Made by a program: the position numbers and the translations under genes
Assembly: GCA_002633005.1 (NCBI GenBank)
Contig: NMRA01000160.1
Span: 689,102-753,101 of the forward strand
DNA: 64,000 nt
Reading direction: 5' to 3'
DNA from: Phoronis australis
Lineage: Eukaryota > Animalia > Phoronida
Shown: positions 39,801 to 48,702 of the stretch, in pieces
Numbering within the stretch: the stretch's first letter is position 1
Layout: each line of letters begins with the position of its first letter
The notes under the pieces: model-generated
Database searches by the model: none
What the model was told of the DNA's origin: nothing
Seen by the model: the letters and a program-made list of their open reading frames with translations, nothing else

Positions 39801-40136
39801 GTTAATTTTGCAAAGTGTCGCTCAAGACTGTAGCCTATTTCTTACTGATTTCTGACCTCTAAGGTCGTCATATGAATGATATTATAATGCTCATCATCGC
39901 CACGATCATTGCCATATTCATCATCTTCGTCGTCATCTTTATATTAGTCGTTTTTTCGGTTAATTTCGCCAAGTGTTGCTCCTCGGAGTGCTTTCATTTT
40001 GTTTCACTTGTCTGCTCAGTAAGAATCTTGCACTCCTCGGATTCTTTGCTGGTCAGGGGTAGCTGAGCAAACCTTGTTAATCACGTTCCTCTGATGTTTC
40101 AGGGTGAGGGGCATGGAAGGCGGAAGTCGATACTAA
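1407..40136 (+). CDS. HNRNPK: hnRNP K-like gene, copy 1 (spliced; start exon upstream of window; about 382 aa if the first coding exon matches copy 2)
   Basis: Exons 1407-1519, 8970-9026, 11884-11927, 12360-12432, 18013-18129, 18935-19063, 24538-24671, 26357-26494, 27038-27098, 27386-27436, 34755-34924, 40103-40136 splice in frame with GT-AG ends. The translation matches hnRNP K hallmarks ([68 protein letters not shown]). Confidence 0.95.
2433..4716 (-). mobile_element. Kolobok-like DNA transposon derivative with decayed THAP domain
   Basis: Flanked by TTAA with AG...CT ends; absent at the homologous site in copy 2 (~51480). Minus strand 4423-4262 reads MPLCRVNRCSNVSSNDIHSHNFP..(fs)AWNRFASTTR..KICS, a THAP pattern. 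Confidence 0.6.
4819..6170. mobile_element. Tc1/mariner-pogo-type non-autonomous element
   Basis: TIRs ccatatttgccgtaataaccgccc / gggcggttattacggcgaatgcgg with TA duplication; empty site aatgttTActaa in copy 2 (~51578). Confidence 0.8.
6591..8633. mobile_element. TTAA-associated MITE predating the duplication (homologue ~52221-52747), interrupted in copy 1 by a HINE-like insertion
   Basis: ttaa ggttatgt... / ...acataacc tta short TIRs; sequence colinear in both copies. Confidence 0.55.
6902..8400 (+). mobile_element. DINE-1/HINE-like non-autonomous Helentron, family A
   Basis: 5' cgcccacatatttatatgt head and cctagtggc-bearing tandem units; absent from copy 2 (flanks join near 52510). Confidence 0.7.
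8970..9026 (+). CDS. HNRNPK: copy 1 exon: KH1 GXXG loop
   Basis: ttcag|AATGCC...AGTGAG|gtaggt; [19 protein letters not shown]. Confidence 0.95.
10104..11052 (+). mobile_element. Kolobok-like internally deleted transposon with THAP remnant and convergent second ORF
   Basis: TTAA both sides; imperfect TIRs agtgtacacaacatg / catggtgtgtactgt. The + strand peptide PKDTKVAQKWHRFVRRTR...LCSAHFEDSCF is THAP-like. The minus-strand ORF starts MAESSEFESDDDY. Absent in copy 2. Confidence 0.72.
11129..11227. repeat. imperfect (CA)n microsatellite
   Basis: direct inspection; expanded relative to copy 2 (~54117-54131). Confidence 0.9.
11884..11927 (+). CDS. HNRNPK: copy 1 exon: KH1 beta2/variable loop (44 nt)
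   Basis: ctgcag|TACACA...AAACG|gtatga; [15 protein letters not shown], homologous to vertebrate YNASVSVPDSSGPER. Confidence 0.9.
12360..12432 (+). CDS. HNRNPK: copy 1 exon: end of KH1
   Basis: ttccag|GATCTTG...GAAGAC|gtaagt; [24 protein letters not shown]. Confidence 0.93.
13362..13580. repeat. ~93-bp minisatellite, about 2.3 units (one unit fewer in copy 2, ~56491-56610)
   Basis: ccattcaccaccacacttctttc recurs near 13362, 13455, 13549. Confidence 0.7.
13823..17402 (+). mobile_element. family A HINE-like cluster with nested full-length copy 14547-16507
   Basis: Head atgcgcccacatatttatatgtggacgcat hairpin plus (GTCC)n; ~452-bp tandem units (14711, 15163, 15615); tail gtgggcgcat plus caacgctccgcgttg hairpin plus ctcttgtt; no TSD; T-rich target; absent in copy 2. 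Confidence 0.8.
18013..18129 (+). CDS. HNRNPK: copy 1 exon: KH2 N-terminal half
   Basis: gacag|TACCGG...CGAGAG|gtaagt; [39 protein letters not shown]. Confidence 0.95.
18935..19063 (+). CDS. HNRNPK: copy 1 exon: KH2 C-terminal half
   Basis: catag|CAAACA...AAAGAT|gtaagt; [43 protein letters not shown]. Confidence 0.95.
19297..23320 (+). mobile_element. family A HINE-like cluster with nested copies at 20084 and 21420-22975
   Basis: Same head, core and tail motifs; flanks align to copy 2 at 58981-59130, which lacks it. Confidence 0.8.
24538..24671 (+). CDS. HNRNPK: copy 1 exon: post-KH2 linker and first RGG block
   Basis: tttcag|TTACCT...CCAAG|gtacga; [45 protein letters not shown]. Confidence 0.92.
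24795..24872. repeat. (CA)n microsatellite, about 38 units; probable (TG)n tail of the adjacent minus-strand element
   Basis: direct inspection. Confidence 0.95.
24795..25950 (-). pseudogene. decayed LINE ORF1p-like coding region (ORF1-only retroelement)
   Basis: Basic N-terminus, coiled coil (KKLKEEDQEITAIRQELSDLR), then RPTVVKF, VYVNESLTKRRAKLF and WTYDGKI motifs typical of LINE ORF1p RRM/CTD; stops and frameshifts; absent in copy 2. Confidence 0.75.
26357..26494 (+). CDS. HNRNPK: copy 1 exon: RGG/FGG low-complexity region
   Basis: tttcag|AGGAGG...GACAG|gtgggc; [46 protein letters not shown]. Confidence 0.9.
27038..27098 (+). CDS. HNRNPK: copy 1 exon: end of Gly-rich region (54 nt shorter than copy 2)
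   Basis: ttctag|ATTCGG...GGAATG|gtgagt; FGAGSRGRGGQSNLSSDSGM. Confidence 0.88.
27386..27436 (+). CDS. HNRNPK: copy 1 exon: start of KH3
   Basis: ttccag|GGAGAC...ACTGAC|gtaaga; [17 protein letters not shown]. Confidence 0.9.
29662..31491 (+). mobile_element. second HINE-like family (B), nested in family A; internal ~305-bp tandem x3
   Basis: 5' palindrome tacttggcggaattcttccgccaagta; 3' subTIR tccgccaagt plus hairpin cgctcctccgagcg; host unit resumes after it; units start near 30381, 30694, 30995. Confidence 0.75.
32040..32525 (+). mobile_element. 5'-truncated CR1/L2-group LINE 3' end
   Basis: MLKALNWPTLQERR..LLYKTIHNLVAIP..YANSFFPSTILLWNRLP is a typical ORF2 C-terminus; short gaa-repeat tail. 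Confidence 0.75.
33746..34503. other. assembly gap (N run)
   Basis: run of n; single-n joins also at 20217, 51851, 60736. Confidence 1.
34755..34924 (+). CDS. HNRNPK: copy 1 exon: KH3 core
   Basis: ttgcag|TTGGCA...CAAGC|gtaagt; LAGKVIGRGGERIRSIRANSGASITIDEPLPNTNDRVITIQGSESQITKAKFLMQQA. Confidence 0.95.
34995..35493. mobile_element. ~500-bp hAT-like MITE, 6-bp TSD
   Basis: TIR ca(a/g)ggcttggaat / attccaagccctg; aatgat duplicated; same family at 57418-57917. Confidence 0.8.
35543..37160 (+). mobile_element. family A HINE-like element in the last intron
   Basis: Degenerate head acccacctatttatatgtggacgtat, core units, and two gcgttgctcttgtt-type tails. Confidence 0.75.
37430..38683. mobile_element. 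TIR element, PIF/Harbinger-like
   Basis: ~30-bp TIRs gcccggtctccaatctccgactcatactc / gagtctgagtacggagattgaagaccaggc, with subterminal tactc/gagta repeats. Confidence 0.65.
38832..39998 (+). mobile_element. family B HINE-like element
   Basis: ttacttggc head, homology to 29662-30480, tail ttcgccaagtgttgctcctcggagtgc. Confidence 0.72.
40103..40136 (+). CDS. HNRNPK: copy 1 terminal coding exon with stop (duplicated at 40160-40193)
   Basis: tttcag|G GTG AGG GGC ATG GAA GGC GGA AGT CGA TAC TAA = VRGMEGGSRY*. Phase matches the KH3 exon, and a U-rich 3' UTR-like stretch follows. Confidence 0.82.
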
Positions 40137-40474
40137 ATACTATAGACCTATTGTTTCAGGGTGAGGGGGATGGAAGGCGGAAGTCGATACTAAATATTAT
40201 AGACCTATGCATCTGATAAACACTCTGCTTGTGTCTTCAATTTCTTTTTTTAGTAGTAGCATGTAATTCAGTTTTAACTATTCCCATTTTAAATTTGACT
40301 TGTGTGTTGTTAACTGACTTTTTAGTGCTTTGTAAATATGATACTTTGTGAAATTTCTTTGATCTTTGTTAATTTAGTGATAATTGATCCCTAGAATTCT
40401 TCTGTAGACAACTGCTAATTAATTTGGACAGAAATATTGCTGATGTAGATTTTTATTATTTCGGACTGGTTTCC

Positions 40475-40480
40475 AATAAA
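40475..40480 (+). terminator. candidate polyadenylation signal of copy 1
   Basis: AATAAA about 340 nt after the stop, followed by a T/GT-rich downstream stretch. Confidence 0.55.
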
Positions 40481-41094
40481 ATTGACCTATTTTGTGAAAT
40501 TGTTGACTTGTTTTTATTAGCTTGTCTGAGCTGAGCACTCAGTCACATTGTGTCTGAGGCGCTCCTTTGACAGTAGCAGTTCTCAGGGTTATGCCATGAT
40601 TCAATACTGGGCATGTGACTCAGTGTAAAGATCTTGATTTGCACTATGTCCTAAACAAATTGTGCAAAAAAGCTTGGGAAAGACGTGGTGAATTGTGGGG
40701 TGTTAGCATGTGCGCACCCAGCCTTCAATATGGGGGCGCTCGAATTCCTGACGTTGTCGACGTTTTGGTAACAAAAAAGTGGGAGACTAAAAAACAAAAA
40801 CGAGGGCACCACTGTGAATTGCGCGTTTGCGCTTGTTTAGTGGACTTTTTTCTCATTTTCTCGGATTTTTTTCTCAGAGGCGGACCTTTTTCCCCACTTC
40901 GCCAAATGGGGAGAGCCCCACCTGGGTGCGCGCATGGTTAACTACCCAGATTTTTTAGTTTCACATTCTCAAAAATTCGAGCCCCCTGTCTTTCAGGCTG
41001 GGTGCGCGAATGGTCAGTCAGTGCACAATCCAGCAGACTTCTAGTCATACGAGCTACAAACTTGATGGAAAAGAATTCCAAGGTTACATGTGAC

Positions 41095-41875
41095 TATATG
41101 GCGAAGGTTCACTACTCCGAAGGTCCACTACTCTGAAGATCCACTAGATATCCGAAGGCTCACTAGTACTCTGATCGAAGATCCACTAGTTCGAAGGTTC
41201 ACTACGAAAGTTCATTACCTTCGAAAATTCACTACTTCGAATTTCCGCAATTCCAAAACCAGAACTCCGACAGTTCACTGCTCCGATCGTCTGTGTGCTC
41301 ACGACTCATACTAAAGCAGAGACAACGTCTGGGGCACGGGTCAAGGCTGCGGCGACCAACGGCGGTTTCGAGAAGACTGAATGGGACTCCCTGACTTCGT
41401 GGAGACTGGCAGAGACAGGGTGGCCTACTTCACTTAGTTTATACCCGGCCTTGTGCGTGGTTCCTTGGGTGAGGTTGAGGCGCAGTGGCCCTAAACTTGT
41501 CATCCGCGCTGCGTTGCGATCTTGACATAGATTTGATGAATGTGTCGTGGTTGATAATTCATCTGTATTCCTAAAATGCAAGTGCGTACTCATTTTAAGA
41601 CATATGCGGGCAATTTCGCATGCACATGAAGTCTGACCGCCGTTTGTAGTTGTAGCCTACTGACGGGCAGCTAAAGACGGTGGTCACAGTCTACACGAGT
41701 CCACAAAAAGTGTTGTAATGCCCGGGCGTTGTTTTCGATATAGGCGTGTCTAATAACCGAAGTATCGTTTATTTTTGCATGTAAAAGTTAATTTGCAAGA
41801 TATTTTTGGAGCAGTGAAACTTCGGAGTAGTGAATCTTCGAAGTAGTGAACCTTCGAAATAGTGGGCTGTTTCCG
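41095..41875. mobile_element. foldback-like element with ~16-bp subterminal tandem repeats in inverted orientation
   Basis: (gaaggttcactactcc)n at 41103-41285 mirrored by (ggagtagtgaatcttc)n at 41808-41866. Confidence 0.6.
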
Positions 41876-43214
41876 TCCATTTCCAGCGATATAGTGTTTG
41901 ATTTTATTTCTGTTTCTGTTGACGAAGGACATTATTATACTCCGAAAATTTTAGTTGATCCATTCTTGTTGTTTTATTTACCTATTTATATTCAGCGATA
42001 TAAGCAACTTAAGTAAACACGCAAAAATACGACCGGCATTCGCCGACTAAACTTCATGATATTTCCCTCCGAGTATGTAAAGAGGTGTAGTCACTCATTT
42101 ATGCAAGGTTGATTTGAAATTTTGGCAGGACCGAGAACGTTCTCATTCTAGACCACATTACATCCAAATTTGCATCCCGTTCTTTGTGAGCACTGCCGTC
42201 TCTGCATCCTTTCTGGTAGTACAAATTCCGTCTCATTTCATGAACATCAGAGCTGAGAGTCACCGTTGTGTAGAGATTTTCCCTTCCCCCTAATTAAGCT
42301 GCGTCGAGGGCCTTACCGAAAACTACAGTGTCGACGTTTGCAAAATATCTAAGGTCCAGATACACCATTCTTGAAATTTGAACCAACCGCCGCTCAATGT
42401 CGGCTACGGGCCTAGGGTGTAAACGGCAAAATTTAAACTTGTTTTGCAGTTACATATATTGAAAACCCCGTTTCACTAATTTCATTCTGATAATTCGTAC
42501 AGCCGACCTGGGTAAATTTCAAAGTTTGCGGAAAGTGTAGTTACAAACACCATGCATATGATTCAGTCGGGCATCACCTAGCGGCTCTTGAGTCATAAAA
42601 GATGATGAGCCTGGCTCCGGAGATCACTGAGAGTAGGCCTACTCGACTACGCTTTGGATAATGGGAGGGGTGCAGATGAAGGGGATACCCACTGTATATA
42701 TAGGGGTTTAGTCTCTAAGTAAGTGACCCGTTTGCAGTCAGCTTCCAAAAAGTCAGCGTTTCATACAGTTTTGGGGGCAGAAAACGTTATCATCATACCC
42801 TTTTAGTTGTCACTGTTTAATTCCCTAAACGTAATTTCACACGGATCGGCTTGGGCAGCTGTATTCTTAAGTAATTAAATCTGAAGGAGTACAAGACTTG
42901 GCCAAGTTGTAAATTGAGTTAAATAAAAATATTTAAAAATTTGCTGTAGATTTTTGTATCAAGAAAATAGCATCCTTCTGGCACTGGGAGCCTAATTATA
43001 CTCCCAAAATGCATGAACTTCCTCTTTTGTTGGGAAAGTTGGAAAAGACGTCTATTTTGTTGGAATTCAAAGGGAGACTGATCGTGAAGTCATACAAATG
43101 ATCCCCGTATCAGCTTTCTATGACAGCCCCCCCCCCCCACTGGTTCATTCATGCCCAGAATTGTAGGTTAGGCTTTCCTCAATTACCAACTGACCTTTGG
43201 TAATTGGCCCATCA

Positions 43215-43546
43215 CAGGGGTGGATCCAGGATTTTGAGTTAAGGGGGGCAGGGGGCAGGAATAACCAGAATTTCGCCTCATGCGAGCGCCAAGCCTAAAA
43301 TGTAGGGATGAAGCGGGTCTCGAATATTTGGGTTTGTGGACCTTATTACTAAAAAAAACGGGACGGGGTTTGTTCAATTAAGGCATATGCATTGTGCATT
43401 GCCCCAACCCCCCCTCCCCCAAGCCCCCTGGGTGAGCGCAAATGCTAGTCGGCAATTCGCACCCCGAACTGCCAAATGGAATCTGGGAGAATTTTACGGG
43501 GGCCATGGCCCCTCTGCTCCCCCCCGGCCCCTAAATCCGCCACTGC
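43215..43546. mobile_element. small hAT-like MITE
   Basis: caggggtggatccagg / cctaaatccgccactg ends; G/C-run subtermini. Confidence 0.55.
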
Positions 43547-43959
43547 ATCATGTTGCAAGCCCAAGAAATTTATAGGAGTAGAATACTGGCTGTTTAGTTT
43601 TTAGGTTGTAAAGTCACATCTTTGTCAGATTTTCAAAATTCAAAAACCTAACCCCGTGCATGATTCGAATAAGCTATTTAAAAACTTTCAAAACGAAAAT
43701 GTAAAAAATAGGCCTACTATTGCCGCCCACAGTGTTTACAACCATGCTGATGATGGGCAATTTCTCACCTGATTGCCTCGGAAATGCGGCTGACGATGGT
43801 TGATTGGATTCTTTGAAGAAAGCAGCGGATTTTAAGGTGGACTTGTATTCTTTTCATCCATGCCTGGCTAAGAAGTCGTATCCTGCGGACTAGGTAACAA
43901 ACATGACATTGCAATTCAAGAGGTAGCATACGCACGTTTCACTGTTGAAGTTGTTATGT

Positions 43960-45418
43960 TTTATTGTTAACGGCTGGGCTCAGGGTGTAGACAGTGGTCA
44001 CAACGTTGGTGTAGTATTTTTGGATTTTAAAAAAGCTTTTGATCTCGTTGATCACAATATACTTCTAAGCAATTTGTTAATTTACAAGTTTGGGCAAGGT
44101 CTCCGTAGACTGGTTTAAATCATCTCTCAGAGAGGTGCCAGGTTGTATACCTTGGTGGACATTTGTCCGAGTCCCGAGGTATCACACGCGGTGTTCCCCA
44201 GGGATCCATCCTGGGACCTCTGCTGTTTTTACTTTTTATAAATGATCTCTCTTTAGTCTGCGAAAACACGGTTGACATGTATGCAGATGACACTACTTTG
44301 TCTGTTGTGGCAAACTCGCTGATCGCTGTAAAGGACAGACTCCAGTCTGATCTGGATAAGGTTGCTACCTGGTCTGATAATAAAATGGTAATTTTAATTA
44401 AAATGCTGAAGAAATAAAATGTACGAGTATTGTCACAGAGCCGCCAGCATAGTAGACGTAATCTTGAGCTTAACCTTGCTATTTCCAATGTACGCCTCAA
44501 ATGTGTTGACAGTGAAAAGTTATTAGGTGTTACTGTAGACAAGACCCTCTGGTCTAGCCATATAAATGGGACTGTGTCCAAAATTAGGGAGCGCCTTGGT
44601 CTTATCCGGCGTATATCACCATTTCTTCCCACAGTAGGGCGTCTGCAATATTTCAGCGCTTGTGTATTCCCTCTGTTCGTTTATTGTAGTACAGTGTGGT
44701 CAGGATGCAACTTAAATGCAAAATTAGTTTCCTCTTTATTGAAGGCTCAGATCGACAAGCAGGCGGCCAGACTTGTTCTAGGTGTGCCTTTTGACACTCC
44801 GTCAACTCATATGTTTAATAGACTGGGGTGGCTCTCTATTGACAAATATTTTATACATAGGCGTCTGTGTATGATGATAGGTGCTTTCACGGTAATGTAC
44901 CGACTTATCTATCTCGTAATCTCGTACTTGTTCGAAATAGCCACCAGATCAGGACACGATTTTCTGCCTCAAACAACTTTGGTTTTGCCCAGACACAGAA
45001 CATCGTTTTAGTCTAAGTCCTTCTCATTTATTCAGACCATCAAACAGTGGAACAATTTGCCTAATAGTCTTAAGGATGCTGACTGTTATGATAATTTCAG
45101 ACACCACCTAATTAGTTACTGTGGTCGTCAAAGATGTCCCTCCTTTTTGTCTTTCCAATATATTTACCAAAAAAAATTATTTATTTATCTTTAATTCAAT
45201 TTTTTTATCCAATTTGTAAATACTATTTTATTTAATGTATCTTATTGTATCTTAATTTAATCTGTTTATCTAACTTGGTTAATTAAATTTCTTGCTGCAG
45301 AGGACCATGCTGGATATTAGCCTTTGGCTAAAGCATGTTTTACATTTATTGTATTTTTATCCTCTTTAAATAAAGTTTATTAATTATTATTATTATTATT
45401 ACTATTACTATTATTATT
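43960..45418 (+). mobile_element. 5'-truncated, decayed L2/Crack-type LINE (reverse transcriptase and 3' UTR)
   Basis: VFLDFKKAFDLVDHNILL, GVPQGSILGPLLFLLFINDL, MYADDTT, KLLGVTVD motifs with frameshifts and stops; aataaa plus (ATT)n tail. Confidence 0.9.
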
Positions 45419-45939
45419 GTCTAGAAATGCCTATGCGAATTAGTGCGACTGCTGGAAACTCAGGAAGACACAAGTCCAGTCACTCATTGAAGATGAGGCC
45501 AGGTACTGATGTGCGTGCCAGGCATCCACATGTGATCTCCTTACAATGATCACAAGACAGAGATACTATAAGGAATATAGCCTATTGGGCACAAAATATT
45601 TCATTTTGAAAGAGCCGCTTGCCAGCAGACGCTTCCAGATAATGGGCTATCTATACATACACTGACTATATATTTATCTCATCGCTTCCAGTCTGCTTCT
45701 GTCTGTCTGTCCAGAAAATAGAGAGACCTCTAGCGTCGAATATGTATGTCATGATGTTTTACCAAAGACCATGATGTATCATACTCCGTTGACACTTCTG
45801 TTAACAAGAATCTTATTTTATTATTTGAATACGTTAGTTTGATGTAGTTAGTTTTAGTATTTGCGAGAATGCAAATATTTTTCAAATATATATAACACAC
45901 ATTATTGCTAAGCATCACATAAATAGTACATTAATTGTT

Positions 45940-46470
45940 GTGGTACCAAGTAAATCCGCCATTTTGTGAGTTCAGCGACGAGGTAAAGTTGAGGTTCTTT
46001 ATCAAATATTTGTCAAGAAAATATTGAATTAGTTTTCGTTCGGAGCAGGTTGTGTCTAGCTTATGCAGAGTGTAATTTGGAACATTATTGCAGTTCAGAG
46101 AATCATGCACTTGTGACTTGAGTTGTAGTTCACAGTTCAGTGTATACTCGGAAACCAATGGTCGTCCGCCTAAGCATAAAACCGGCTTGTTGTCGTGCTC
46201 ACCCAATTATTCCACTTCAAAGTTATGCTCTCAATAGGATTTGATTTAACTCTCTCAAATATATTATTCGTTGATTCAAAAGTTTTCTTTTATTTATACC
46301 GATTTGTTTCAACTGTGCATTGCTTTTCGGCAGCCATTTTGTAATGACGCCTATGGTCGTCATATGCTGCCGCCTTTTGAAAGAACAGAAAACCACGCAG
46401 AAAAAGGCCAAGAAAATAGCGGAAGGTGGTTTACAAGAATTCTAGATCAACCGCAAATTGTTTTACTGGT
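45940..46470 (+). promoter_or_regulatory. candidate promoter and non-coding first exon of copy 2
   Basis: YY1-like CCGCCATTTT (45956-45965) and GCCATTTT (46333-46340), CCAAT motifs near 46155 and 46203, and a possible donor ctg|gtatga at 46469. The ATG exon has its own acceptor, so an upstream exon should exist. Confidence 0.35.
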
Positions 46471-46663
46471 ATGATATCGATTTTTAAAACGATTAAAATC
46501 GATTCAGAATTTCAGTTCTGGAAAATAAATCGCGATTGTTTTATTCCAGATAGACCTTACTTATTTTCTATTTGTGACCTCTTTATTTGACATATTGCTG
46601 TTGCTGTTCTTAATACCACTTATCTCTGCTGTCTTTCTTTTTCTTTTCAGTTTTTCTTCATTC

Positions 46664-48041
46664 CAGGGCTCAACATTAACTTTTGAAGCCACTTGCCCTT
46701 CGGGCAAGTAGTTGAAATTTTTACTTGCCCGAACAACGAATTCACTTGCCCCAAGTACAATCCCAAATAGCACCGCGCATGTGCACACCTAAGTAATGTG
46801 TTACCGTAGGGCTGCCTGTGCTGAGCCTCCTCTTGTGTTGTGCACGCTACATACATGAGTTACTATTTTTTTAACGATTCTTCTTATAGAACATTTATTT
46901 ATAAGGTGTGTCAAAACACTAGAGAGACAAATTAGAAGAGTAACTATGGTATCTGAACCATTGTCACACATTCACAGGCGCCGAAATGAGCTAGGGCATG
47001 AACTCTCGACACTTCTGCGTATTCATTAGTTTGTACGCCCTTATGCATTAAACTTGAGTTGTTGCTAACCTGAATTTCAATTTTTGCTATCCGTAAAAAA
47101 CTTGCACAGTTTTGGTCATCGGTACCTTGTATTAAATTAAAATCAAATTTAAACATATAATAATGCCACATATACTTTTATTTTCAATAAATAATTACAT
47201 TTTTGAAAAAAAGATAGACCGCGAAAAAGTCACCCTTCAGACTTCAGAACGGCAATCCCGAAGACCGTATCGTTTTCCTCTTCTTTCGGGAGTCGCCACC
47301 GGGAACCAGGAATTCATAAGAATGTCCTTTGGAATTCCCCCTGAATAAATACCAGGCCTTTTAAACTGCTGTGTAGTGTAGAAAATATGTCGTCAATCCT
47401 TCACTTTTTAGCTTTTGCGCTTATCTGTATGACTTACATCCGCTGACGAACGCGGTGCTTCCAGCTGTACATGGGTAAACGCCGGCAAAAATCAAACGTC
47501 GTCCATTGTTCACTGTCTCGCAGGCCAGAAAACCTAATTTCCCATGACGGAACCCATCCCCGCACTTTTTTCGTTTCATATTATTGCTTTGATTCTTCCT
47601 GAACTTGTTTTTTAGCAACTAAACCAATGCCGTCCAGGCCTGGACGGCTTCCATGTTAAGACGTTTTGCCAGAGTGCAGACGATCAGTAGTATCACGTGA
47701 CAACTTATTCAGAAACTGCAGGGCACGTTCAGAGAATCGAAAGGATATGACCGCGAGTGTCATCTGTGCACGCTGCATAACACTCGATCTATTTTCCTTT
47801 CGGTCCTCATTCGAAGACGGGAGTTTCTTTGACGGCAACAGGGACTTTTTCGACGGTTTTTAGGCTTGTGTCGGGGTTCGTTACTTTGGAGCAAATGTGG
47901 AGCAGACAATCTTAGGATCTACATGTCTATGCGGTTAGCTTTTTAACTTGCCCATTGGGCAAGTACTTTTCAAATTCCACTTGCCCGACGCAAAATCTAC
48001 ATGTACACGGGCAATCGGGCAACCGTTAGTGTTGAGCCCTG
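46664..48041. mobile_element. hAT-like non-autonomous element, 5-bp TSD
   Basis: TIR cagggctcaaca(t/c)taac / gttagtgttgagccctg; cattc duplicated; subterminal acttgccc/gggcaa repeats. Confidence 0.8.
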
Positions 48042-48674
48042 CATTCTCTCACCTTGTCAGTCAAAACAGAACTGTAACCCTTTTACCTTTGAGACCGTGT
48101 CGGCGGAAGTTGATCATTGAACCTCGATACAGTTGTTCTAATAAATAAATAAATAAATAAATAAATACCCAAGTTGCATTTGCATTTTATTGCTCAATCT
48201 TTTCTTTTATTTTTAATTATGTCTTGCTTTGTTGTATGTAACAATGCATTATAATGAAATAAAGTCAATGTTTTACTTTATTACTCGAACAAATATTCCC
48301 GTTATCGAACTTCTTCTTTGAGCAGTCCCTCGTTCGGTTCCCAAAATCGGTAACCCGTCATTTTTATCACTGCGCGCGGCAGGGGTGGGGTGGGGGTGTG
48401 ATGTCGTGTCCCCTAGTCAATGCCAAGAAAGTGGCCACCATCATTGTGGCCACTGTCAGGTCTTTGCAAGACCAAATATCACTTCGCATCTCTGTTAAGA
48501 ACATGTTGAGACCAATTATATAGTGTTAGTTGGTTTAAATCGAAAATTTCAACGGAATGCAAGTTCAGTTTTGCCAGCTATAGCACCATGTTGCTGTAAA
48601 TTTGCTCAAAATGACCGGATATCTTTTTACTTGAGTGTATTGTCATTTCAGGAAATTACAACTGAAAATTCACA

Positions 48675-48702
48675 ATGGCAGATGACAGTTTCAACAGTTC
48701 AG
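48675..48702 (+). CDS. HNRNPK: copy 2 first coding exon (exon begins 48652)
   Basis: tttcag|GAAATT...CACA ATG GCA GAT GAC AGT TTC AAC AGT TCA G|gttagt; MADDSFNSS. Good Kozak context (acaATGG); phase 1 matches the next exon. Confidence 0.8.
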
